DNA of 63,269 bases, filler included, from Polymyxa betae A26-41 (lineage: Eukaryota; Protista; Endomyxa: Phytomyxea), in assembly GCA_003693705.1 (NCBI GenBank). It is 7 parts of 7 records of this genome, joined end to end, with 100 filler letters (N's around TTAATTAATTAA, not from the genome) between each part and the next. Parts side by side here need not be neighbours in the genome. Positions count along the whole stretch, not along the records: positions 1 to 10,784 come from RBZT01000491.1; positions 10,885 to 19,999 come from RBZT01000230.1; 5 more parts are not named here. One strand, given 5' to 3'. The notes below the pieces were generated by a model. It was not told where the DNA came from and searched no databases. It saw only the letters and a program-made list of their open reading frames with translations. Shown here piece by piece: positions 1 to 12,003 of this stretch; the stretch's first letter is position 1, and the number at the start of each line of letters is the position of its first letter. The position numbers and the translations under genes are program-made.

Positions 1-244
1 AACGCCTACCTGGGCGCCTGTTGCTGCTAAACTCTGCAACAACAGCATCATCGGAGTCTAGTGACAGCCGATGGGGTCCATCTTCGGGCTCTTCCGCATC
101 TTGATGAACATTTTCATCGACCTGAACACCAAGAATAGGTTCGGGAGATGGTACTGGCTCAATGTGCATATTTTCCACACGAATCGCGACATCTGAGAGT
201 GAGCTCTCATCCACAGACTGCTTGTCGTTGATTGCACCAGCCAT
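1..244 (-). CDS. 5' part of an unknown ORF running off the window edge (MAGAINDKQSVDESSLSDVAIRVENMHIEP...)
   Basis: ATG at 244 and an open frame to base 1; AT-rich upstream; no recognisable motif. Confidence 0.3.
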   Translation of the reverse strand, partial: MAGAINDKQSVDESSLSDVAIRVENMHIEPVPSPEPILGVQVDENVHQDAEEPEDGPHRLSLDSDDAVVAEFSSNRRPGRR

Positions 245-2435
245 TGCTTGATATCAGCTGTAAAGAATTCTATATCGCTACTTGAGATCTCGATGTTAAG
301 ATTGCAATGATGAATGCAGAATGAATATATTAGATAGATTACAAGCCCTTAAATATAGCCAGAATCGGAGGTTAGCTCGGACCTCGGAGAGTTTCCGATC
401 AATATAGTGCGCTTAATATTGACACAAGCCAACCGATCTCGTGCCCTTTCTAAATCTATCCAAACACATCAAGGCGCGTGCCTGATTATTATTTACTATA
501 ATCTTATTACTAATACAAGTTCATTCCTTGAGTTGTTAAATTCTCACCAAGCGTATAGTAGTAGTCCTACAACAGGTTATTGGCCCAGATCACTCACACG
601 CTATCTCGTCTAACGATTACGATAGCAACAATGAACGACTCAAAGGTTTCCGTGCAGCTGACATCTTACACGCAGACGGACCGCAACTGGCAGTTACGGC
701 GTCGAGAGGTTTTTTGGAACTACAGATTCTACGATGGAGGCCAAACACGAGATGGGGAGAGGAAATTAGAATTAGGTTGTATTCATACGCAGATTCCGGG
801 ATGGACAGGGCCGGAATATTCCAGTCCTGTGGAAGCTCAATGTGCCCCAGTGGAAACGGATCCACCAGGCATGACGCCGTCAGCGGAGGCCGCGCCGGCG
901 TTTCCGACAAGGTTGTCATCGGCATGAAACGCATCAACGCGTACAACATCATGAAGGGGAACGAAATTTGAACATTACCGACGAACAATCTCGCGAACCT
1001 TATTCCGGACGCAGCTAAACTTGCCGAAGCTCAGCAAATGAGCGGTCGCGCTCATTACTGTCCAGAAGAAAAGTCTAGAAAACCCTAAAGACGAAGTACT
1101 AGCCAGAACGTTCCAAAACGCACAAGCAGACCTTGAACGGGCCAGCGATGTGTGGCTGGAGGCGGGGCCAGTAAGAAGTCCGTTCTGGGCGGCGGGGCTG
1201 GGATGGAGCTGGGGGTGGGACCAGTACGGCTTCAGTATCGGGTCTGCTGCAGAACAGCACACGCATTTCCAGTATTGCGTTACCGATGGCGGTAGCTCTT
1301 GTTAGCCACTGCGGATCAAGCCATGGGGCGGGCGGGGAGATGATAACACGACGACGTCGGTCACGGCGCGGCGGGCAGATGTTAGTGGCAAGCTCTGGTG
1401 GGTCGGATGGGGCCTCCGTTGTGGGCGGAACTAGACCGTGGCCTTCAGAATCGTGATAAGTTTCTTCCGGGATGCGGGACATGGCCATAGCGTCTACAGG
1501 GTTGTCGACTAGCGGGAGGAATTTCGCGTGTTGGATGAGATCGTAGCCGACGCCCAGGAGCGAGACGGTCCAGGAAAGCCCAACGGAGGAAATGTGCGTG
1601 CTGTTGTTGGAACAGCTTGAAAGGCAACTCTCTCGGTGATTCGCAGATTTCGAAATGAACAAAACCACTTGGTTTGACTGCCATGGGTTTTGTGTCAGGC
1701 CCGACATTAGTTTCGAATTGCCAGTCCCTTCTTCACCGCCGGAAAGGTCGACTGCGAATGACTGGTCGCACCATTCAACTTTGTGAAAACATCGAATTAG
1801 TAATACAAGGTTCTTGTCTGATGTCCACGAAGCTTTGTGTCAGAGACGCAGCCCCCGACAGCAGCCAATGGAAGCCATCCCACGTCTAATGGTACATCCA
1901 GTAGAAGCTGTCGTCATCGGTGGAAGCTTCACGCACTTTCCAGCCCCGTCGAGATGGTAACCGGAACGTTCTTAGAACGTTCCGATCGAGTTTCAAAGGA
2001 CCTCTCCATGTCCAAATACAGTCATTCCGATAATCTCCTTTCATAAACAACATCATTGACTTCGCTCTGTCTCCTGCCTCTGACCCTCTGAGCCCGATAG
2101 TGTCCGCCCTGACACTTTGTCAATGTCCTCTATTCGCTCGTGCTTGGGTGATGTAAACGAGCCTGCAATGAGAGGCTGAGTGACAGGAAGTTGTTAGTAC
2201 GCCCTTTTTAATTGGCGAAACGCTTATTTTTGTTCTCGTTGAAGTGTATCATTTCGTGCGTGGTTAACCTCGCCGATCGAGATCATCTCGGGCCGATGAA
2301 ACAGCATCTAAAAGAGACATCAATAAAATACGAATCAAATATGAAAATGTAAACCATGGCAGATCACAAACCAGAAGCATGATAGCTACGTCAAACTGGC
2401 CGGCCATCATGTAAAGATCGGAAAAAGGTCACTAT

Positions 2436-2610
2436 TCTTGGTTAAAACACCTGGAGCGATAACTCGGTGCGGGAGTAGGGCAGAGTGGACCGGTGACAGG
2501 ACGCGAAGAGGTAGCGGAGCGGAGCGAGCAGCGGATCGGAGTCAGAGGCGACTAGGGGGGTCGTTATCGGACTATCGGAGGGAGACGAGAGACGAGTAAG
2601 GTATGATTCA
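2436..2610. repeat. Diverged copy of the purine-rich LTR-like family at 62856-63269
   Basis: Shares ordered blocks TTGGTTA, GCGAT-ACTCGG, GTAGG, GGACCGGTG, GGAGACGAGA, GTATGA with that repeat. Confidence 0.35.
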
Positions 2611-4688
2611 CGGACAATTTTACTGTTCTCTCTAGAATGTATGTACCGCCACTATATTGGAACGCCTCATTTTTAGGAAATCTTTGCCATTAATCCATAA
2701 TTTTTAGTAATACTGTACCTATATTAGAAAGATCTGTAGATATGCTACCGATCTTTGTTGAAAATACAAATGACGTGATCGCTACTGAGCTCACAGTGCG
2801 TGCGCCATTCCGTTTGAAACTTACGGTGATATCGAGGAACCTTGGCAATTTCAAATACTTGCTCCCTTTTACATCAATTTCAATTCCCCACTATAAGCAT
2901 CAACATTGTAACCCCCAATAACGCTCATTAGGTCGACAGTTATATTGCTTGATTCCCTCGATGAAAGCCCAGCATGTACGTAAATACACGCAGCTATGAT
3001 TTAACGCAAAAATCGAATACCTATAGTGTCGAAACCCAAACAATCGAGTTAAATGAGAAAGCATGATAAGATTACAATGTCTTATAAAGCATACAGAATT
3101 TCATTCCAAACAAGAAATTGTCAGAATTTGTGTGAGCATACCTTGAAGATAACATCGTAGCACGCCTTGGTAGAGTGAGGATTGCAGCAAGCTTGCATGT
3201 ATGAGCAGATGCAGCTACGGGTCGACATCGAGTCAAATTTGAGCAGAAGTCTTTCAAGACCAGCCAGAACTCAGCTCTCTGCATCACACTGTAGAGTCCG
3301 ACTTTAATTCAAAGTGAGTCTAAAACCCTAACGTTAACGCGGATCTGAGTGACAATTATGCTCGCTCCCATATTCTGTCCTATCAATTGTCATCTCAAAT
3401 TCAGCCTTGAAGCATTTTACGTGTAACAGCAATATCTACCATAAAGTCTCAAATCTTCGCTGATAGCAGCGGAGTGGCATTGTATAGAAGTCGTACGGCT
3501 TTTATCTCCCAATAAAATTCCTATCTAAAAATGAAGTCCAACCCTAAATTTCTCACTATTTAAACTGAAAATACGCCTTATATTCAAGGCATCCTGTAAA
3601 CACATTGGAAGGAGATGCAACGTTATGCATTTGTAGAGCTGAGTCAAATTGAACAATCTTATACTGATTCAATACTCTGGTTAGCATTAACAGCAGTTAG
3701 GGCAGGACATTGTCGAGTATGTCCAGGACAGTAATTGTGTTGAAATTGATAATGATCCTTATAATGTCCAAATATATGAAAGAAATAATTGACATCATTA
3801 TTACAATGATGTTCAAGACAGTAAAATATTGGATTTACAGAATCTCCGAGATAATCACTCAGATCAGATGCTTATAGGAGACGCCTTGACTAGGATGGCC
3901 AAGACAGCCAGATCAGAGTGGCCTAGTCCTGACAATCCATCTTAACCAAATTCTCAAGTCAACGGACCGTACTGATCCTTGGTGTAACTACGCTACCAGA
4001 TTGCATGGATATGGCTTGATTAGGAATCAGATATTACAGAAACCGGAGCTACAACAGTTCGAAATTCAGTTGAAAATAATCTCAGTTACGGTTGAAATCC
4101 TGATAGTTCTGGATTTAGGCAGAAAGCTAGAAATGGCCAAGTGCTGAAGTTGACAGCATCGCCTGCTGATTATATCAACAAGCTAGACGATTCTATTCCA
4201 TTCCAAAATGATCTCAGTTTGAGAAAATGATAGACGAGCTGGAGATAGAGATCGTTTGACGTTAATGGATAGAAACAGGTCTGGGAGTAAGGTGGATGAG
4301 GCTCGACTCGCGGGAGAAATCGTCTTCATCCCCAAGAAGGCAAGAATCCTCTGCGGTCGGCCAGGCCCTTGCAGGCATCTGCAGTGTCCCTTCCAAGTAT
4401 ATTCTGAGTAAAGACAAACCCTACAGAGTATAATAGGCTGGTGCAAGTGCTTGGTATCTACTTTGCGACGTCTCCTTATCGATAATTGGCTTTTCGAAGC
4501 GAAAAGACGGACATTTTTTAGATTCACTCAAACAAAAATGTAAAAAAAGAAGAAAAAAGCCAATTAAAAACAAGTCGCAAAAAGTAGATTCGACGCACTT
4601 CAACGAGCCTCGAAACCACGCTGAGAGAGTAACTTAACTATGTTGAAAGTCCGAAACGGTCCCAAACATCTCTATTCATATTCGCAAG

Positions 4689-5543
4689 ATGCCCTCGTGG
4701 CTGGTCGTACTGGCTCTCGCACTGGTCTGTGCTGCAGAATGCGGCGCCGACGACTTTGCTGCGTCCGATGCCGCTCAAGCTTCGCTGTCTTCGGCATCGT
4801 TGAGCCCTGAACTAAGCCCATCTTCTATCGCAGGGTCGGATCGCGATTTTCAAGACGCCACTGCTGGCGGTCTTCGCTTACGATTTCCATCTCGGCTCGG
4901 CTTTCGCTGTCTACCCAGGCGTCCAGCTTTCCATCGTCGGCCCGTAAGGCCACCCCAGCCTTACAAGGCACCCGAGCCATACAAAGCACCCCAGCTTTAC
5001 AAAGTACCCCAGCCATACATGGCACCCCAGCCATACAAAGTACCCCAGCCATACAAGGCACCCCAGCCATACAAAGTACCCCAGCCATACAAGGCAACCC
5101 AGCCATACAAGGCAGCGCAGCCTTCCCAGCGAGGGCCTCTCTTAGTGCCACAACCCTACAACCGACGGCCGCCCCATCAAGCACCACGACTAATTGACGA
5201 CGTTTATACACAACAGCCTCTACCGAGACGACAGCATCCCTTTGCACAGGATCGTCATGCGAACCGCCCGATCCATCATCTGGGAGGACGAACGCCATCT
5301 TTTCCATCGACGTCTAACAACTCACAGAGCAATCATCAAACGTCGCCATTTAATCAGTCATCTACTACATCTTCTTCATCATTTTCCCGCTATTCTTCAG
5401 GCAAGCTAAAGAAGCATATTTTTTCATGTTATCAAAAAAAGAGTCTTCTTTCAGTATTTTGTGACGGTCGTTTGTTCTCAGAACCCTACCAAGGGCTGTT
5501 GGGTTTTCATATTCAGCATTTGAGTGCTGTTCGATTTCATTAA
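4689..5543 (+). CDS. Secreted proline/tyrosine/lysine-rich repeat protein; 3' end probably spliced
   Basis: Hydrophobic N-terminus MPSWLVVLALALVCAAECGA; nine PQPYK(A/V)-type hexapeptides; Ser-rich tail. Confidence 0.7.
   Translation: MPSWLVVLALALVCAAECGADDFAASDAAQASLSSASLSPELSPSSIAGSDRDFQDATAGGLRLRFPSRLGFRCLPRRPAFHRRPVRPPQPYKAPEPYKAPQLYKVPQPYMAPQPYKVPQPYKAPQPYKVPQPYKATQPYKAAQPSQRGPLLVPQPYNRRPPHQAPRLIDDVYTQQPLPRRQHPFAQDRHANRPIHHLGGRTPSFPSTSNNSQSNHQTSPFNQSSTTSSSSFSRYSSGKLKKHIFSCYQKKSLLSVFCDGRLFSEPYQGLLGFHIQHLSAVRFH
4953..5114 (+). repeat. Coding 18-bp tandem repeat, 9 units (CCCCAGCCATACAAGGCA consensus)
   Basis: Directly visible, in frame. Confidence 0.95.
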
Positions 5544-7019
5544 CGGTTAAAATAACCCACGCTCAGGCTCGTTTGTCTCCTGGATCGGCCTAGACGGAAT
5601 CTGGGGCCTCCTTGGTGGTGGTATAGGCCTGTTCTTGCTTCTATGCTAACGACAACCAAGCCTGGCTGAAAACCCTAACCCTAACAATCCTGCGACAAAA
5701 CGCTGAACAAAGATCAGAGAGACATTTCTTCTCCATAATAGCAATAAAATATCATTGAAAAACCCTCCCGAAACCCTAACTGTATATTCTCGAGCATGTC
5801 GAAACTTGACAGCTGTCTAGAAAGCTGCGCATTTCTATCCTCTTGATTATAACTGCTCGGACTGATGCGAGTCTGACCACCATCGAAGACGTCGGACACT
5901 CCTCACTCCGAGCACAGCACAGTCGCCTAGCACGGCGCCGACCAGATGATACGCAGCAGATCTTGGCCAATTTTCACGATTCAGACGGCGCCAGATTGTA
6001 AAAGATGTGGATTTTTGCAAAATTAGGATCAGAAAACGCTGAAATTCCAAACAATCATATTGTAACGTGAATGCGAATAGACTGAATGTATTGTTACAAT
6101 TTCCAAAGATACCGTTGACCGTCGGATCATCCCCGAAATCGTCACGTTTTCGATTTAAACACGGCGCGCAAAATACTGCGTAGGCTTGAAGTCCGATGTT
6201 TTTCGCAACTCCGAAGTCAAACGAAGACCTCGTTTGCTGGGAAATGATTGGTGCAGCGATTCCCGTCCTGATACTGAACTTATCTGAGTGCTTGGCTGCA
6301 TTCCCGTCGGAGTCAAGTAATATTACATCCGATCTGGATGTGACTCCTGATTGTGTCTCTCCTCTCGACCTTCACGTTACAGACACCAGAGTAACATTGC
6401 TTTGTCAGAGGAGTCACCTCTCTTTAACAGGCTTTATAGGAACTGATTGTCTATGATCCTTATGTTCCATATTCTATGGAAAAATTTACTTTCGATCTGG
6501 ATGTAGATTTTGTTAAAAACTTTCTTGTAGAAACTCATGTTACTGTCTCTAAACCCGACTTCCATTTTACAGAGCCCGGAGTATGATTTCTGTGCCAGAA
6601 TCAAGTCACATTTCTTTATTATTCATTATAGGAACCCATTCACCATAATTTAGATTCAATCCAAGACTTCTCGGATCTTCCAGATTTCAACATCTTTCAT
6701 ACCTCATTTAACCTGGATGTAGATTTTAATGTATGAATGATTATATAACTGTTGATCGTACGCAATTGATGGGTTATCAGATCTTCAATGAGAATGAAAA
6801 TTCTGATATATTGGACACCCGATCTGATAGTGAAACGTTGTCAACACAATTTACACCATACAGATAATGTTCCGGCTCTACAAGAATCTATCAATGTAAT
6901 GTTTCCTTATCAAATCTCATGTTTTTAACATCTCTGATACTCAGAATGATGAACATTTTGAAACTATCTCCCGGAAACGTCCTCGTATTGACGAGACATT
7001 ATCGCTAACTGACCTTCTG

Positions 7020-8162
7020 TATCCCCTTCAATTATGATGTGAATGATATCAATGACTATAACAGTCTCTGCAAATTTCTGGTCAATTTTGATGAGATTTT
7101 TTCCCTCTCTTTATTGACTGTAGATTAGATCAAAGATACCAATGATGAGGAATTTCTTTCTCTATCTTCAAAGTCCGATGGTGATGCAGTTCAAAACTCT
7201 CAAATAGTTATCAATGTGAATGGACATGATCTGGATTTGAGCGAAATGAATCGAATCCGTTCTGCTCCGAGCACATTACAGAAACTGCTTCTGATTGCGA
7301 ATTTGTATCGGAAATTGATCAGGGCCTCCCGGGAGTACGAATGGACTTGGACGAAGGTTGATAAGAAGATTCGTTATTTCATGTATGTGATTTGTCGTCC
7401 TGTCCTGCGATGTGTCCTGCGATGCTGTCAGAAAGATCTCCGGATCTTTCAGACACTTTGGGGGAATCCTTTCAGTCATAGAAAAGTCATCCGACAATGT
7501 TCGAAAGACGAATGCCGACCGAACTGTTGAAATTTAATTCACCAAAGAATCGCACTCAGCCTCTGTTTAGCGCTCTGCCTGAATTTCTGCAATTGTTCGA
7601 TTTCGGTGTCGAGAAGATCACAGACTACACTACTCTTTGTGCTTTTCTGGTGAGATTTCTTCATAATGGGAAATCTCACTCTGAATCTGTCATTCAGAGA
7701 AAGCCGCCTGATGATGACGAGTACGCATTCCTTACTGATACGAACATATCGTATCCACCAAAGCGAACAAAACGCGCTGTAAAAGGCCCGATTATCATCA
7801 AAGTTCTCGATGATCAGCTCTTATTGACCGAAACGTTGGAAATCGCGACCTCGGAGTCCACATTACAGAAGCTGATATTGGTGGCCAGTTTATGTTTAAA
7901 ATTAGTTCGGGCCAAGATTACCGACCCGACATTGAACATGAAACGTGAGCGCTGTGATAATTGGCTCCTGCATACATGTTACCCAGTACTTTCATGCGCT
8001 CGAATATGCTGTCGGAATGATCTTCGGATCTTTCAATCTCGATGGGGAGATCCGTTTCCGCATAGTCGTTTTGGGAACCTTTGTTCTAGGTACAATGGCA
8101 AGAGTGAACAGAGCGGATTTGAGACTCTCATTGTCAGTAACAAAAAGAAACGCTTACGGTAA
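7020..8162 (+). CDS. Unknown protein(s) with two tandem homologous Cys-containing modules; possibly disrupted
   Basis: DYNSLCKFLV/DYTTLCAFLV, STLQKLLLIA/STLQKLILVA and CRPVLRCVLRCCQKDLRIFQTLWGNPF/CYPVLSCARICCRNDLRIFQSRWGDPF pairs in ORFs 7216-7530 and 7497-8162. Confidence 0.5.
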
Positions 8163-9989
8163 ATCACATGACAATATAAAGCACAGAGCGTTACGATCTA
8201 CTATTTGAACTCCATTATAAAAAACGACATAATGATTGTCTTCGTCTGCGATTTCCACCATCGATTCGAGCTTCGATCGTCAAGCATCCTTGATGTTCGG
8301 GGTTCGTCCGTCTGCTGTGATCGAGCGGAAGGCCTCAGACGAGCGATAGCAGAGAGCGAAACAGTATGGCGACCCACAGAGACGGCATCGGCGACAGACT
8401 GTTACCACCTAGCGGAAGAGTGTTCAAAACTGAGTGATCAAACTACAGGTCTATCTGGAAGTCCTGCCAACTATATCAGTCACAAATAAGCGACGTAATA
8501 AAAAACTTTTATTGAAATTTCTCTTCTCGTGCGTGTGAACAACCTTGGCTTTCTGGTCTTTGCAAATGGCTTTCATGATTTCTGATTTCGTTTTATTTAG
8601 ACAATTCGCTAATTCCATTCGACTTACTACAATAACGGTTATAGTAGAAAGTAAGTCGAATGGGATATATTTATTGGTTAAAGTATAACCAATAACTATT
8701 TCGAATTGTGGATTTACGCACGACCTGATCACGATATTGATGGAATTGGACACATTCCGACCCATTTGCCGAGAAAAGTCTCCAGATCTAGGTCGAGATT
8801 CAGAAACCCTAAAACCCTAACCTAAACCCCGAAACATTTCTCGTGAATGCTTATTGTCGAGAGTGGAAAAACGTTGTAACAAATCCCTTTGTCTGCGGAC
8901 CTTGCTGTAACGCCGCAACTTTATTTTCTTTTCATTTTTCCAGCAGTGATGCTGATTGTCTTCATCGAACGCTCGCTCGGCTAAAAAATACGAATGTCGA
9001 GATACCTGCCAAAACTTTCCCGTTTGCGGCATTCCGACAAGTAGGTAGTCATGATGGGTCCGATAATCTGTTGTTGATTTCGAATTTATTGCACTCTGTA
9101 CTGCTAGTCGAAAGGTTTCTCCCTTTTTTTTAATTGAAATTTTTTCAGACACGTTATTTGTCCGACAATTTGCATGTCATGAGCGAAATCCCGTCTAAGG
9201 TGGCTCGTCTCATCTCAAATGCAATGTTAACAATTTCCAAAAAAAGATTCTATTCTCCCCATACAATTCATGAATCCATACAAAGACTGTAATTTTAATT
9301 TTTGAAACCTAAAAAAGCTAAACTACAATTTTGATTTAGAAATAAGAATAGATAAATAAAAAAATGAGGTTCAAACACGTTTTATCAAATTACGGAACGT
9401 CCAATTACAGCTCTCTTTGATGCTGCGTGGAAAGCATAAGAAGAACACGATCGTTGGTCAGCAAGTTCGAGAGAGATGGATCAACCACGTTGTCCTTATT
9501 GAAGCCCGAAGCGCTTCAGGCGACTCACATCGTGTCTGCAAAGATCGCATCCTCCATCTAAGCGAGCGTTGAATTCGAGCTTTTTTTCATCGAGTCGAGT
9601 AACGCGTCGCCGCAAATTGGAGCAGCTCCTTTTTGTCCGAAACGCTGTTGAATGAATGAATCCTTTCAATCGCGTCGCTCTGATTTCGTTTTAACTCGAA
9701 AAAATTAGGATGGATTTAATGAACAAGATTTGGGACGAAAATAGTGAAGTTGGCGATTGAAATTTATGGAGCGAGAGAACAGAATTGTGAAAACCAGAAA
9801 GTTGATGGGATTCCATTGCACTTTCTGTTGGCAGATTTCGGCAGGGCGGGCTGTTACCCAAATGCTGGAACAATCTTCCAGGGTTCTCTTACTTGAACAT
9901 TTCAGAGATAAAAATCAGCCTTTTCCTGAGAGTTAATGATAACACAATGGTCGATGAAATATCTGAATCAAGCCAAAGAGGTAAAAATA

Positions 9990-10170
9990 TAGGAGTTTAT
10001 CTCATTATTCGAAGTCGAACGGTTTCGATTGTCAACTTGGTACTCGGTTTGCCCGTCAGTACGGCCACCAAAGAAACCTCGTTTTCCACTTTGAAAAACG
10101 TAAGACAAATGCCTCCGAAAGACCGAAACAAGATGGGCGCTGGTTTTCTTCACGATGCTTTATCGTCTTA
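9990..10170 (+). pseudogene. hAT transposase C-terminal dimerisation domain remnant
   Basis: LVLGLPVSTATKETSFSTLKNVR...RNKMG matches the hAT LPvstAt-ERsFS-lk...Rn-mg motif. Confidence 0.6.
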
Positions 10171-10784
10171 TAAAAAAAAAATGTTTCAACGAGAAGGACA
10201 GAGAATTCGGAATTTCAGCATTCCAGAATTTTGTGGTTAGGGTTTTCCAAGGAATTTACGACTCGCTCGGTTAACCCGCCATCATCATCTTCGATACCAA
10301 TCCCATCGGGCCGGTTTATCGATCAAGAATTCGTCGGGTCTCCGCCTAAGGAGCTCCACCTTAAAACGGTACATGAGACAAAAACCGTTCCATAAAGAAA
10401 ACTTCAAGTTCGTACTGTCGAAAAAAGCTCTGATAAGTGATGACGTACTGATATTCAACTTGAAACGTTAATCATCAGTTAGTTCGGTTATTGATTGAAA
10501 CAAAAATTGACGACTGTTTTGTAAACGTGATTATGATGTGAGATGGCGTGTTACTTTCACGGACCTCTGACGCCTCGAGCAGGGACCTCTTGAATATGTG
10601 CCAACTGCCATTGTCCCACAGACGCGTGATCTGAGTATATTAAAGTCAAAGCCAAATACCTGGATTCATCTAACCGCCAGATGTAGTATGTAACTTACCT
10701 GTACAATACAACATCGTCATTCATGCAGTGATTACAGCGATTTTTCCATAAGCCTTAGCTTTTCAAGTAGAAGTATTTGCAATG

Positions 10785-10884
10785 NNNNNNNNNNNNNNNN
10801 NNNNNNNNNNNNNNNNNNNNNNNNNNNNTTAATTAATTAANNNNNNNNNNNNNNNNNNNNNNNNNNNNNNNNNNNNNNNNNNNN
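10785..10884. other. Artificial contig spacer
   Basis: N-run + TTAATTAATTAA + N-run, 100 bp. Confidence 0.98.
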
Positions 10885-11107
10885 GACGAGATGAGAAACG
10901 TATGAATTTTGGAGTTGATCGGAATGGTTGCGTGGAGGCCGCTCCTCGCCATTCATAGTAGGGAGACGAGGGGACCCGCGCAGTCCGTGACAGTTAGGGC
11001 TCTTCCCCTATAGGAATCGTCAGCAGGGGCGCAGCCCTCTGCGCAGCCCCTCAGGAAGGGCCAGTACGACTGCCTGGTGGTCGGCTGGGCGGCTGCGAGT
11101 ACTGTCA
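10885..11107. mobile_element. End of an LTR-like repeat inserted into a Gypsy integrase
   Basis: 10885-11016 matches 63138-63269 with one mismatch; ends ACTGTCA, where integrase-like coding begins. Confidence 0.7.
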
Positions 11108-11748
11108 TGCTCAATGGGCATGACACTCCTGATAATCCCTTGCAGGATGTGATTCGTATGCATGTGGCTGACTCGATGCCAGTCGCGCCGCCGTTGACCG
11201 CCAAGATAGAACAGCACTATGATCGTTTGATCAAAGCGCTGGCTGAATTTCATAAAACTGCGAACGTGTTTACTAGCAATGAAAGAAATAAAAAACGGCA
11301 AAAATCGACTAAAAATCGCATGATAAATCTGGAAGTGGGGGAGTATGTACTCGTAGCAGTACCGGATCCAAACAGAGCGCCTGGCGGCAAACTGAGACAC
11401 AAGTGGCGTGGACCGTTCAAAGTAACGCGTGCTATCAGCCCCTGGGTCTACGAAGTCGAGGACATTGTCAGCTTAAAAGCGAGTAACATTCACATTGAGA
11501 GACTAAGATTGTATGCTGATAAGCAATTGAATGTCGATGCTGATATAAAATCACAGTATTGTTTTGACAATGTAAAATATGAGATTGAGGAATTCCTGGA
11601 TGTTCGAAGGAACAAGCAGACTGGAGAATTTGAACTGCTAACGAGCTGGAAAGGTTTTGAAAATGAACAGAACAGTTGGGAGCCGATTGATAACCTATTG
11701 AACGATGTGCCTGAGCGAGATTCAAACCGAAAACAGGACACAAGCTAA
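11107..11748 (+). pseudogene. Ty3/Gypsy integrase C-terminus: GPY/F motif plus chromodomain
   Basis: KLRHKWRGPFKV...YEVED...HIERLRLY, then YEIEEFLDVR...LLTSWKGFENEQNSWEP. Confidence 0.9.
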
Positions 11749-11870
11749 AGAAGGAATGGGAAATGTTTATTTCTGTTCAACACCAGCGTTGAGTATACCT
11801 TCCTCCAGTTTTTATCCCACGAGGTTTTTCTGGGGGTTTACTGGTGCTCACGCTAGGTCGAGATTTTTCT

Positions 11871-12003
11871 TGGAGAGGGGAGTGTGGTGATCTGGTTAGC
11901 GCAGCCCACCTACGCTACTTTCTACTGTACGCAATTAATACAGACTCATTCTATTTTATTGTCTCCATCTGTGATCGACTGTCTCGTACCTCAGATCGGC
12001 ACA
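11871..12003 (+). mobile_element. Polypurine tract plus 121-bp 3' LTR (11883-12003) of the chromodomain Gypsy
   Basis: GGAGAGGGGAG directly precedes TGTGGTGATCTG...CAGATCGGCACA (10/12 inverted termini). Confidence 0.8.

Noticed and set aside
580-2100. Several overlapping GC-rich ORFs
   Set aside because: No recognisable motif or consistent strand; probably decayed coding DNA
4825-5307. Minus-strand CMAGV-repeat ORF
   Set aside because: Antisense shadow of the PQPYK repeat gene, which has the signal peptide
8817-9152. Walker A-like LLVGMPQTGKF
   Set aside because: Lacks the S/T after GK; no Walker B or continuing ORF; not supportable as an NTPase
10829-10840. Recurring TTAATTAATTAA motif (six copies)
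   Set aside because: Artificial all-frame-stop linker inside N spacers; ORFs that run into the spacers are artefacts
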